Made by a program: the position numbers and the translations under genes. Of a stretch of 64,000 nt of DNA, positions 22,287 through 33,183 are shown piece after piece (within the stretch, counting starts at the first letter, position 1; every line of letters begins with the position of its first letter). The notes under the pieces are model-generated. The model was given only the letters and a program-made list of their open reading frames with translations, had not been told where the DNA came from and searched no databases. Where the stretch lies: positions 64,001 through 128,000 of the forward strand of contig CAVWHO010000020.1 of NCBI GenBank assembly GCA_963754875.1, written 5' to 3'. This DNA comes from Nitrospirota bacterium. GTDB taxonomy: Bacteria; Nitrospirota; UBA9217.

Positions 22287-25200
22287 GCTGGATACAGGAC
22301 ATCATGGATCCCGAAGAAGCGGCTCTGGGAAGAGATGTACCGGAACCGCTGGCAGCATGACAAGCGCGTCCGCAGCACCCACGGCGTGAACTGCACCGGC
22401 GGTTGCTCCTGGGAAGTCTACGTGAAAGACGGCATCGTGACCTGGGAGATGCAGGCCACTGATTACCCGCGTCTCGAACCAGGCCTCCCGCCCTATGAGC
22501 CCCGCGGGTGCCAGCGCGGGATCACGTTCTCCTGGTATGTCTACAGCCCCTTGCGGGTCAAGTATCCCTACGTGCGAGGCGTCCTCCTAGACCTGTGGCG
22601 CACGGCGCGGGCAGCGCATGCAGATCCTGTTGCAGCCTGGGCCTCTATTGTCGAGAATGAGGCGAGCAGGAAGAGCTATCAGCAGGCGAGGGGCAAAGGG
22701 GGGCTGCGCCGGAGCACCTGGGACGAGGTGCTGGAGATCATTGCTGCGTCCACGATCTATACGGCAAAAAAATACGGGCCTGACCGGGTCATCGGCTTCT
22801 CTCCCATCCCCGCCATGTCCATGCTGAGTTATGCTGCGGGCACGAGGTTCCTCCAGCTTTTCGGCGGCGTGGCCCTGAGTTTCTACGACTGGTATGCTGA
22901 TTTTCCTCCTGCATCTCCCGAGGTCTGGGGCGAGAAAACGGACGTGGCCGAGAGCGCGGACTGGTACAACAGCAAATTCATCGTCACCATGGGCGCAAAT
23001 CTCAACATGACCCGAACGCCTGACGTGCATTTTGTTGCCGAAGCGCGGAACAACGGAACCAAGCTCGTCGTGTGCTCGCCGGACTTCAGCCAGGTCGCGA
23101 AATACGCCGACTGGTGGCTCCCGATCAACGCGGGACAGGACGGCGCTTTCTGGATGGCGGTCAATCACGTGATCCTGAAGGAATTTCATGTTGATTCCGA
23201 AGTCCCTTATTTTACCGATTATCTCAAACGCCTAAGCGACTGCCCCCTTTCTGGTGGAGCTGGAAGAACACGAGGGAGCATACACGGGCAGGGAGGTTTC
23301 TGCGCGCAGACCGTATAGATCGCTACCATAAAGAAGAAAAGGGCGAATGGAAGTTCCTCGTCTTCGACAGGATATCCAGCGAACCCCGCATGCCCAAGGG
23401 CAGCATCGGGTTCCGGTGGCAGGAGCAAAAAGGCAAGTGGAACCTCGAGATGAAGGACGGAACGGATGGAAGCGCGATCGATCCACTCCTCACACTCCTC
23501 GATACGCGCGAAGGCGCGCTCCCTATGGTCTTTACCGAATTCGCGAGCAAAAAAAACTTCTCCCGGCACGTACCGGTACGGTACGTGCAGACCGACAAGG
23601 GGAGGATAGCCGTTACAACGGTCTTCGACATTTTAATGGCGCAGCATGGTGTCGGCCGTGGGCTCGAAGGAGAATATCCGGAGAACTACGCTGCTCAGGA
23701 CGCTCCTTATACACCGGCCTGGCAGGAGCAGTATACCGGTATCAGCAGGGACACGGTGGTCCGCTTCGCCCGAGAATGGGCGCAGACCGCAGAGAAGACG
23801 AAGGGCAAGTGCATGGTCATCGTCGGCTCGGGTGTCAACCACTGGTACCATGCGAACATTACTTACCGGACCGCGATCACGGCGCTCATCCTTTGCGGCT
23901 GTGTTGGGAAGAACGGCGGCGGTCTGAACCACTACACAGGGCAGGAAAAGCTCGCGCCCGAGGCATCGTGGAAGAGCCTCGCCTTCGCCCTTGACTGGAC
24001 GCACGCTCCCCGGCTGGTGAATGCGCCGTCCTTTCATTACGTGCACTGCGACCAGTGGCGCTACGACGATCCGCAGCATGAGGGTGAGGTCCTGGGGTTC
24101 CGGCACCCCATGGACATGCAGGTGAACGCAGTGCGCCAGGGCTGGCTGCCCTTCTTCCCCCAGTTCAATCGAAATCCCATCGAGCTCGTGCGTGAGGCCG
24201 AAAAGGCAGGCGCAAAGAGCGAGACAGAAATCATCGACTGGCTCGTAAGACAGCTGAAGGAAAAGAAAGTGCAGTTCGCCGTGGAAGACCCGGACGCTCC
24301 CGAGAACTGGCCTCGCGTCTGGTATATCTGGAGGGGGAACGCGCTTTTGACGAGCGCCAAGGGGCATGAGTATTTTCTCCGCCATTATCTCGGCACGGAT
24401 TCGAATGCCGTGGCCGATGAAACAGGGAGCGATAAGACGAGCGAAGTAAAGCGGGATGGCCCGGTCCCCACGGGCAAGCTCGACCTCGTTGTGGACATCA
24501 ACTTCCGCATGGATTCCTCGGCCCTGTATTCGGACATCATTCTTCCGACTGCGACGTGGTATGAAAAGGACGATCTCAATACGACCGATCTCCACTCGTT
24601 CATCCATCCTTTGTCCGAAGCGGTCCCCCCGTGCTGGGAATCGAAGACCGACTGGGACATTTTCAAAGCCGTAGCGGAAAAGGTGAGCGAGCTCGCGCCT
24701 GCTCATTTTCCCGGGCCTTTTCGGGACATCGTGGCAGTTCCGCTCGGACACGATACGCCGCAGGAAATATCCCAGCCCGAGGTCAAGGACTGGTACCGGG
24801 GCGAGTGCGATCCCGTGCCGGGAACAGACCATGCCGCAATTCAAGGTGGTCGAGCGCGATTACGTAAATCTGCATAACCGTTTTGTCTCCTACGGACACC
24901 AGGAGCGGGACGAAGGCATGGCTGAACGCGGGATCCGGTGGGACATCAAGGACCTTTACGACGATTTCACGAAAGCTGCTCCGACGATCACCTGGAACGG
25001 AAAACAGTATCTTTCTCTTACGAATGTCCGGGAAGCAGCGAACGTGCTTCTTCATTTTGCGCCGGAGACGAACGGAGAGATCGCTCATCGAGGTTTCAAA
25101 GCACTCGAGAATGCGGTCGGACTTCCGCTTGCAGACCTTGCGGACGACAATCGTGCTGTCCGGCGAAGTTTTGACGACCTGGTTGCACAGCCCCGGAGGA

Positions 25201-25886
25201 TCCTCACGAGCCCGATGTGGACAGGCATCACGAACGAAGGCAGGGCCTATGCGTCCTTCTGTCTCAACGTCGAACGGCTCGTGCCGTGGCGCACGCTCAC
25301 GGGACGTCAGCATTTCTACGTAGACCATCAGGGATACATCGACTTCGGAGAAAACCTCCCGGCGTTCAAATCGAAGATCGGACTTCAGGACACGCGTGAT
25401 CTCTTGAAAAACGCTCCATCGGACAAGGCCCTCGTCCTCAACTGCATCACGCCCCACGGGAAATGGCACATCCACAGCACCTATTCCGATAACCTGATCA
25501 TGCTCACGCTTTCACGCGGCGTGGAGCCCTTCTGGTTGAACCTCGAGGATGCGAAAAAGATTGGAGTAAAGGACAACGATTGGATAGAGGTGTACAACGA
25601 CAACGGCGTGATCGTGACCCGCGCGGCAGTGAGTGTCCGCATCCCCCGGGGAGTCGGGATCTTTTACCATGCACCGGAGCGGACCGTCTCGTTCCCCAAG
25701 TCGCCCACAAGAAACAACCGGCGCGGAGGCGGGACGAACAGCATAACACGCATCCGGCTCAAGCCGTCGCTTATGGTCGGCGCATACGCGCAGCTGTCTT
25801 TTGCCTTCAATGCCTGGGGCCCTCCGGCAGGGGACCGGGACACGTACACGATCGTGCGCAAGCTGGAAGGGAAACCGGTTTTTTAG
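22283..25886 (+). CDS. narG: Respiratory nitrate reductase alpha subunit (split by frameshifts)
   Basis: [43 protein letters not shown]. Pieces at 22335-23318, 23390-24877 and 24831-25886; start reads MSWIQDI. Confidence 0.92.
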
Positions 25887-25918
25887 CGAATCCTAAAATA
25901 GGTTCAGATGACAACAAA

Positions 25919-25993
25919 CGCACCCTAAAGGGTGCGGCTACAAAAAGAAATATCAACATGCTTCGTTTTGGTAGCCGCAGGCTTCAGCCTGCG
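25919..25993. repeat. Inverted pair of GTAG-type REP elements between narG and narH
   Basis: cgcaccctaaagggtgcggctac (25919-25941) and gtagccgcaggcttcagcctgcg (25971-25993). Confidence 0.7.
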
Positions 25994-26034
25994 AGAATAG
26001 CTTACAAGTCAGTGAGGGTTTGAAGGAGTTTCTC

Positions 26035-27524
26035 ATGAATATTCGCGCGCAGGTTTCCATGGTGTTTCATCTCGATAAATGCATCGGCTGCCACACTTGC
26101 AGCATCGCCTGCAAGAACATCTGGACGTCGCGCCGCGGGGCCGAGTACATGTGGTGGAACAACGTGGAGACCAAGCCCGGGACCGGCTATCCCACACTTT
26201 GGGAGGACCAGGAGAAATACTCCGGCGGATGGCTCAAGGGAAAGGACAAGCCGAAGCTCCGGCTCCAGGGCCGGGCCGGTGCGCTCGGCAATATCTTTTT
26301 CAATCCCCGCCTGCCGACCATGGATGACTATTACGAGCCCTGGACCTATCGCTACGAAGAGCTGTTCACCGCGCCGCAGGGGAAGGATCAGCCTGTTGCG
26401 GCCCCTGTTTCGCAGATGACGACACAAGCACATCGACATCGAGGCCGGCCCAAACTGGGACGATGACCTCGGGGGTTCGTCCATTTACGCAGCGAACGAT
26501 CCCAACTTCAAGGCTTTAACTGTGGAAGAGCGGAGGCAGGTCTTCGAACTCGAGCGCATGGTCATGTTCTATCTGCCGCGCATCTGCAACCACTGCCTGA
26601 ACCCCGGTTGCGTTGCAGCCTGTCCGTCCGGTGCGATCTACAAACGGGGAGAGGACGGCATAGTACTCGTGAGCCAGGAAAAATGCCGGGCCTGGCGCAT
26701 GTGCATCTCCGGGTGCCCGTACAAGAAAACCTATTTCAACTGGAACACGGGCAAGGCGGAAAAGTGCATCCTCTGCTATCCCCGGCAGGAAACAGGCCAG
26801 GCGCCTGCGTGTTTCCATTCCTGCGTCGGCCGCATCCGCTATCTGGGGGTCGTGCTCTATGACGCGGACCGGATCAGCGAGATGGCGAATTTGCCGGATA
26901 AAGACCTTGTTGAAGGCCAGCAATCGCTGATCCTCGATCCCTTTGACAAGGAAGTCGTTAAAAAAGCGAAAGAGGACGGCATTCCGGACGCTGTGCTCGA
27001 AGCGGCCCAAAAATCGCCGGTGTACTGGTTCGTAAAAGTATGGAAGCTGGCCCTGCCGCTCCATCCCGAGTTCCGGACCCTGCCCATGCTTTTTTACGTG
27101 CCTTCTCTCACGCCGGTTATGGCCTCGGTCTCGAACGGGCTCTACGAGCTCAAGGAATCTCTTTTCGGCACTTCCAACAGTTCCCGTGTCTCGACCCGCT
27201 ACCTTGCCTCGCTCTTTACTGCCGGAGACGAGGACGAAATCGTTCGGGTGAACAAAAAGCTCCTGGCAGTACGCATGTACAAACGGGCGGAAACCGTGGG
27301 AGACCTGGACCAAAAGGAAGTGAAGAGAATACTCGAGGAGGCGCGCACAACACCTGAAGAGGCTGAGGCGATCTTTCGGCTTGACTTCTCTGCCATCTTT
27401 CAAGGACCGGTTCGTGATACCGCCGTTCCTGCGCGAACAGGCTGTCGAGTCCCTGCAGAAGCCTCAAACCCACAAGGAGGAGGCGGGCTTCGGATTTATT
27501 CGTCCTCCGAAGCGCGGGTGGTAG
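26035..27524 (+). CDS. narH: Respiratory nitrate reductase beta subunit (frameshifted)
   Basis: LDKCIGCHTCSIACKNIW, PRICNHCLNPGCVAACP, CRAWRMCISGCPY, LHPEFRTLPM. Confidence 0.92.
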
Positions 27525-27527
27525 CTC

Positions 27528-28058
27528 ATGATGATGCAAATGAACAAAAATATATACAATTTGCTCGCTGATGTCCTTGAGTATCCCGGTCCCGGGGTCA
27601 GGGGGCAGGCGGAGGCGTGCAGCCTTGCTCTGAAATCCTTGAACGTGAAGGCACAAGGCCGTTTCGAAGCATTCTCGAAATTTTGCACAACCATGCCGGT
27701 CAGCCGCCTCGAAGAACTGTACACCGACACCTTTGATCTTCAGGCCATCTGCTGCCCCTACGTGGGCTTTCACCTCTTCGGCGAGGACCGCGGCCGGGGC
27801 ATGTTCATGGTCAAGTTGAAGGAGCATTACCGTAAAGAAGGCTATCCCGGGAACGGAGAGCTTCCTGACCATATCAGCGTCATGCTCCGCTTCCTGTCTC
27901 ACGCGGAACGTAATAACGAGACCATGGACCTGATCAGCTATTGCCTTATTCCGGCAATGAAAAAAATGGTTTCTCTATTCAAGGATAGCGCTAACCCCTA
28001 CCAAGGAGTCCTCGAAACGGCACTCGTGCTGCTCGAACCGGAAAAAGGCGGGTCCTAA
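27528..28058 (+). CDS. narJ: Nitrate reductase molybdenum cofactor assembly chaperone
   Basis: LEYP, YTDTFD and ELPDH motifs; position after narH. Confidence 0.85.
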   Translation: MMMQMNKNIYNLLADVLEYPGPGVRGQAEACSLALKSLNVKAQGRFEAFSKFCTTMPVSRLEELYTDTFDLQAICCPYVGFHLFGEDRGRGMFMVKLKEHYRKEGYPGNGELPDHISVMLRFLSHAERNNETMDLISYCLIPAMKKMVSLFKDSANPYQGVLETALVLLEPEKGGS

Positions 28059-28062
28059 CCGA

Positions 28063-28668
28063 ATGTATATAATTGAAGAAGAAAAGAAGCTCAAGTTTGA
28101 AAAACTGCTTGCGGAGTCCGTGCATAGTCATGGACACCTGTGCCCCGGGCAGGTACTCGGCGTGAAGATGTCCCTTCGGGGGCTGTGCGAGATCGGCATT
28201 CAGGACCCGAAGTGCAAACAGCGAAAAGACTTCATCGTAATCGTTGAAATGGACCGCTGCGTGCTCGACGCGGTGCAGTCCGTGACCGGCTGCAGCCCGG
28301 GCCGAAGAACGTTAAAGTTCATGGATTACGGCAAAATGGCAGCGACCTTCGTTAACCTGCAGACGGGACGATCCGTCAGAATTCTTGCGCGGGAGGACTC
28401 CCGGGAACTGGCTAAAGAGTACGCGCCGGATTTCGCTGACGTCTACGCTGCACAGTGCGAAGCGTACAAAAACATGTCCGATGAGCTGCTGTTTGATGTT
28501 ACGAACGTTGAGGTCCTGCTAAGACCCGAAGACATGCCGGGCAGGCCGCTCAGACGTATCCGCTGTGACAGCTGCGGAGAACAGGTGCAGGACATGCGCG
28601 AGATCTATCGCAACGGGAAGGTGTTGTGCAAGCCCTGCGCTGATGGAGGGTATTACTTCACAAAGTAA
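28063..28668 (+). CDS. FmdE-family protein with C-terminal zinc finger
   Basis: HGHLCPGQVLG, EMDRC..DAVQ.VTGCS.G, CDSCGE...CKPC. Confidence 0.85.
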   Translation: MYIIEEEKKLKFEKLLAESVHSHGHLCPGQVLGVKMSLRGLCEIGIQDPKCKQRKDFIVIVEMDRCVLDAVQSVTGCSPGRRTLKFMDYGKMAATFVNLQTGRSVRILAREDSRELAKEYAPDFADVYAAQCEAYKNMSDELLFDVTNVEVLLRPEDMPGRPLRRIRCDSCGEQVQDMREIYRNGKVLCKPCADGGYYFTK

Positions 28669-28691
28669 CTCTTAAAAGGAAGGGACCATTC

Positions 28692-29417
28692 ATGGCAGAA
28701 AGCATTTACTTTGTCGTATTTCCTTATATTGCCGTTGTGCTGGCCATGGGAGTTGGGCTCTATCGGTATTTCACGAACCGGTTCTCCTATTCGAGCATGT
28801 CCACCCAGTTTCTAGAAAACCGCGCACTCTTCTGGGGTTCAATTCCCTGGCATTACGGCATCGTACTTATCCTGATCGCCCACTTGCTTGCGACCGTGAT
28901 CCCGGGTTTTTGGGTTTCGCTTCATAGCAACAGGGTTTTGATGATGGTCATAGAGCTTGTCGGCGGGGCCCTGGGTCTGCTTACGCTTCTGGGCATCGCA
29001 GTCCTCATAATCCGAAGGCTCGTCAATGCAAAGACACGACACGTTACCACGGTCATGGACTGGATACTTCTTATTGACCTTTTGCTCCAGGTCGTCGCAG
29101 GCCTTTATATCGCACTCTTTGTGCGATGGGGGTCCCTATGGTATGAGTACATTGCCACACCGTGGCTCATTTCCCTCGCTGGGCTGTCGCCGCGGACCGA
29201 CTTGGTAACTTCGTTGCCGTGGATCGTCCGGTTCCACATGGTCAATGCCTTCGTCCTCATCGGCCTTTTTCCGTTCACCCGTCTTGTGCACATTTTTACC
29301 GTGCCGCTCTCCTACTTGTGGAGATCGTACCAGGTAACGATCTGGAACATTGATCGATCAGGAGGAAAAGCTGAGATGAAAGTCGAAACTAAAGGTAGTA
29401 CTCGTGAAGTGGATTGA
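28692..29417 (+). CDS. narI: Respiratory nitrate reductase gamma subunit
   Basis: FPY, SSMSTQFLE, WHYGI...AH, FH...FPFTRLVH. Confidence 0.92.
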   Translation: MAESIYFVVFPYIAVVLAMGVGLYRYFTNRFSYSSMSTQFLENRALFWGSIPWHYGIVLILIAHLLATVIPGFWVSLHSNRVLMMVIELVGGALGLLTLLGIAVLIIRRLVNAKTRHVTTVMDWILLIDLLLQVVAGLYIALFVRWGSLWYEYIATPWLISLAGLSPRTDLVTSLPWIVRFHMVNAFVLIGLFPFTRLVHIFTVPLSYLWRSYQVTIWNIDRSGGKAEMKVETKGSTREVD

Positions 29418-29530
29418 AGGTTGGCATATCTCATATGCATTGCTCGGGCTTTGCCGCAGCCTCCGCGGTCGCGAACCTCTTTATCCGACGTTCGTTCGAA
29501 TCTGAAGTGGGACGCGCATGGGCTCGCCAT

Positions 29531-29655
29531 ACGGTACGAGTTTTTCAGGGCTAGTTCGTTGATTAAAAAATGGCGGGAGAGCATGAGAATCGAAAACACT
29601 TGACGCTTAATGGAATCAAAGGCTTCCATCTACGTGCTGTATGATTGCTGTATAG
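29531..29655. repeat. att junction 2: 24-bp tRNA-Sec 3'-end copy (29571-29594) with arm repeats
   Basis: tggcgggagagcatgagaatcgaa. acggtacga at 29531; gctgtatga and gctgtatag at 29636 and 29647; aatcaaaggcttc at 29614. Confidence 0.9.
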
Positions 29656-30109
29656 CATTTTTTGGCTATCAGAATAAAAAGATAATTAATCACGCCGGAG
29701 TTGCAGCATCTCGCTTTTAACTAACACAGAACAACGGCTGCCCGAATGGACTTTCCGTGATGATCTATAGTGCGCACTTCATATCCATTGTATCCAGACT
29801 TCATTTCGAAGTTATTATCCAAACATAACATCAATCGTCATTTCTTGTTGTTTGTGACTGCTCTTTGCTTTTTCGATCCATTTATCCACATCGCTCCAGT
29901 CATCCTCCTCCCCGAAAAAACTCCGCCGAAGTCCTTGATCTCCATGATTAGACGGTTTTATTTGTGATAAGCTTACTATAGCGAAGTGCCCGACGCTGCA
30001 AGGCAGAAGCTCTAAATGAAGCAGTAACTCTGCTTAAAGTTGTGTTTTCGAATCTCAATGAACGGTTCGAACATGTCAACCGCGGAAAATACATATCAAA
30101 GAGGATGAC

Positions 30110-30517
30110 ATGACAAACAAATACGTATTACTACTGATTGCTTCATTGTCTTTAATGACTTTCCTCTTAGGTTGCGGCAAGGGGGGAAGCAATCCCTACT
30201 CATCGCCGAACGTGGCCGAAACTTGGAGTGGTATCTGGATTAGCAATAAAGTTATCTCATCTGGAACTTTTTCCATGACAATAACTCAATCGAATACGGC
30301 ATTCTCTGGCAGCATAACAATGAGTGGCTCTCCTTGTTTTTCAACTGCCACCATCGCCGACTGGACTGTTGCGGGGAATACGGTCAGTTGGAGTTCTCCT
30401 GAAATTGGTAATTTTACAGGGACTATTTCCGGAGCTACGATATCCGGGACTTACTCTGTGACCTCAGCAGGCGCATGCTTCGGCGATACCGGAATTTTTT
30501 CAGTCACAAGCACGTGA
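30110..30517 (+). CDS. Putative Ser/Thr/Gly-rich lipoprotein
   Basis: Lipobox LLGC; beta-rich sequence with two Cys. Confidence 0.7.
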   Translation: MTNKYVLLLIASLSLMTFLLGCGKGGSNPYSSPNVAETWSGIWISNKVISSGTFSMTITQSNTAFSGSITMSGSPCFSTATIADWTVAGNTVSWSSPEIGNFTGTISGATISGTYSVTSAGACFGDTGIFSVTST

Positions 30518-30679
30518 TGATATTACGTAACTCGTAGATGAGGGCAGGTGCAACTTTACAGAAAGTATTTCTCCTTGTCTCCCTCTTTGAAAGAGTAGTA
30601 AAAGCTAAAATGGCGCGGAATAGTCTTCTTTCACTCACTGAAAAGGGAAGTTTTCCTCAAAGTGCCTCAGTAAGCCGCT

Positions 30680-31333
30680 TCAGGCTGCTGCCCGGCGTTG
30701 GAAGTTCCGGAGGAACATTGTCACATCCGCATCGGTCACCTGCATGAAATCCTCGTAGTAACTGCCGACAGAAAAAAAATCCTCGGGCATGGCCAGACAA
30801 ACAAAGACATCGACCATCTTTTGCAATTCCGCTGCGGTCTCTGGAGGGGCAACCGGTACGGCGACGACGAGCTTCCCGACCTGTTGACGCTTCAACGTCT
30901 CCACGGCCGCCTTCATCGTAGCACCGGTAGCAACGCCGTCGTCGACAAGAATAATGGTTTTGCCCCGAAGGTTCACGAGCTTTTGACCGCCTCGGTACAG
31001 CCGCTGCCTGCGGGCGGTCTCCTCACGCTGACGTGCGGCCTCGCCGCGCAGATATTCCCTTGTGACGCCCGCCGAGGCAACAACGTCCTCGTTATAGACG
31101 ATGCTGCCGGTTTCGGAAATTGCACCTACAGCAAGCTCGGGTTGCCCGGGGTGTCCTATTTTCCGGACGATGAGGACGTCGAGAGGGGCTTTGAGGCGAT
31201 TCGCGATCTCGACACCGGTGACGACCCCGCCCCGGGGAAGCGCGAGTACGAGCATGTTCTTCTGGCCGATATATTCCTTCAAACGTTCCGCAAGCTGTGC
31301 TCCTGCATCTTTTCTGTCTTTGAACATGGTCAA
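30680..31333 (-). CDS. Phosphoribosyltransferase-family protein
   Basis: FKDRKDAG..LA, VLALPRGG, ILVDDGVATGAT PRPP loop. Confidence 0.9.
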   Translation of the reverse strand: MTMFKDRKDAGAQLAERLKEYIGQKNMLVLALPRGGVVTGVEIANRLKAPLDVLIVRKIGHPGQPELAVGAISETGSIVYNEDVVASAGVTREYLRGEAARQREETARRQRLYRGGQKLVNLRGKTIILVDDGVATGATMKAAVETLKRQQVGKLVVAVPVAPPETAAELQKMVDVFVCLAMPEDFFSVGSYYEDFMQVTDADVTMFLRNFQRRAAA

Positions 31334-31623
31334 GTCTCCTCATTTCATTTTATCAAATAAGCTTCTGAACCGTGATCGTTCTCTATGAACAACAGCAAGT
31401 TGCGGATTGTACGTATTCATTGCTTTTCCGAAACGAGAAAGGCTTTAGGCATTCGCCCTCCTGGTCTTCTGCTCATGAAGATTGAGTCCTGCGTGCGCAA
31501 GGACTGTTTCTCTGCCCATGACAAGGGACAAAGAGCAAAGTCCTGCAACATTCATCCTTGTCCGGCAGAGCTATAATGTAGATATCAGCAAGGACAATGT
31601 TCAGTGAAAAGAGGTGAGTGTGT

Positions 31624-31806
31624 ATGAACGTCAACCTGGAGAAGAACGAGCGGGATTTGCTCGTCACCGAGCTGGAAAATACCACAATTCCCCAGCTCAG
31701 GGAACTGATTGCCTCGGGGAGCATGCGGAAAAAAGGCCGCGATGAACTGAAGCTGGACGAGGAAGTTCTCAAGGGCTTGCTCGAGAAACTGAAAAAGGCT
31801 GCCTGA
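31624..31806 (+). CDS. Small hypothetical protein
   Basis: RBS gaggtga; 60-aa helical ORF. Confidence 0.55.
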   Translation: MNVNLEKNERDLLVTELENTTIPQLRELIASGSMRKKGRDELKLDEEVLKGLLEKLKKAA

Positions 31807-31934
31807 TCTGCAGCAATGGTGTTTCCGGGAAATAATTTCGCAGCCGCCCGATGGAGCCGGGCGAAAGAGAGAAGGAGTGCATCAATTGTGCACTCCTTTT
31901 TGCATTTTACGGCAGCCCGTCATGAATTGTAACA

Positions 31935-32858
31935 ATGAACTATTTGAACTTCATACCAGCCTATCTCAAGCTTCCTTCCGGCATATTGATGCACAAAGCG
32001 GAACGCGCGGAAGAAATACTCAAGAGCTGCACACTCTGCCCGAGGGAGTGCAAGCTCGACAGAACCAAGGGCAAAAGAGGATTTTGCAGAACAGGAGACA
32101 AGCCCTTTGTTTCGAGCTGGGGACCCCACTTCGGAGAGGAACGTCCGCTCGTGGGATCGCATGGTTCAGGGACCATCTTCTTCGGGAACTGCAATCTTCG
32201 CTGCCTGTTCTGCCAGAACTACACCATCAGCCACCTGGGAGAAGGGTCAGAGATGTCCAATGAACGGCTCGCCGAAGTAATGCTTGAGCTTCAGCAGAAT
32301 GGCTGCCACAACATTAACCTCATAACACCGACCCACCAGATGCCCATGATCCTTCGCGCCCTGTCGATCGCCGCAGGGCAGGGTCTTGTCGTTCCGATCG
32401 TTTATAACTGCGGAGGCTACGAATCCCTCGAAGCCATCAAGCTCCTGGATGGGATCATAGATATCTACATGCCGGACTTCAAATACGCTGACCCGGAAAT
32501 GTCATTCAAATATTCGAATGCCAAAGACTATCCTGCCGTGACAAAGGCCGTTATCAAGGAGATGCATCGTCAAGTAGGAGATTTGGTGATGGATGAATCA
32601 GGCATTGCCCAACGAGGACTTCTGCTGCGGCATCTTGTCCTGCCCGAGGGCATTGCAGGGACCCGCGAGGTTGTCCGGTTCATCGCCGAGGAACTTTCGA
32701 AAAACACCTATGTCAACATCATGGACCAGTACTATCCCTGTTACAAGGCATTAGATCAGGCGCCTCTTGACAGAAGGATCACAAGGAAAGAATTCGCGGA
32801 AGCAGTCAAGCTGGCGCGCGAAGCCGGTCTGACCCGGCTTGACGGCGTGACCGTTTAG
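31935..32858 (+). CDS. Radical SAM protein (PflX-like)
   Basis: CTLCPREC, HFGEE, GSGTIFF..CNLRCLFCQNY.IS, DIYMPDFKY. Confidence 0.88.
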   Translation: MNYLNFIPAYLKLPSGILMHKAERAEEILKSCTLCPRECKLDRTKGKRGFCRTGDKPFVSSWGPHFGEERPLVGSHGSGTIFFGNCNLRCLFCQNYTISHLGEGSEMSNERLAEVMLELQQNGCHNINLITPTHQMPMILRALSIAAGQGLVVPIVYNCGGYESLEAIKLLDGIIDIYMPDFKYADPEMSFKYSNAKDYPAVTKAVIKEMHRQVGDLVMDESGIAQRGLLLRHLVLPEGIAGTREVVRFIAEELSKNTYVNIMDQYYPCYKALDQAPLDRRITRKEFAEAVKLAREAGLTRLDGVTV

Positions 32859-33183
32859 CAACACAGAGGATGACATTGGCGCGTATGTCGTATGTAACGC
32901 GGCGCTATAGTTTTTGTTGCATTCGTCTTCATAACGCAAATACTGATATGTTAGCATATCCCAGAAAAAAATTTCGCTGAGACCCCTGTCTTTTCCGTTG
33001 CCAGCACTCGGTACAGAGGATGCATTAATTCTGCATCTTCCGTCTACATACAGAGCAAGCGAGTGCATCTTGTGCTGCCTTGTTTGACAATGAACCTGTC
33101 CGTTGTTATACATGAACTAGTGTGTGATAACCATCAACTGAGATGTTGTCTTTCAGACGTCAGACATGAGGAGGGCAGCTGTC

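Larger units (their letters stand above)
9095..29594. mobile_element. Genomic island A (about 20.5 kb): nitrate reductase and redox-stress cargo, no integrase seen
   Basis: Bounded by direct copies of the tRNA-Sec 3' end. The cggtacga arm motif lies inside both ends. Confidence 0.8.

Noticed and set aside
22283..27524. Nitrite oxidoreductase or periplasmic Nar
   Set aside because: No Tat signal on the alpha subunit, and narJ/narI are present, fitting cytoplasm-facing NarGHI.
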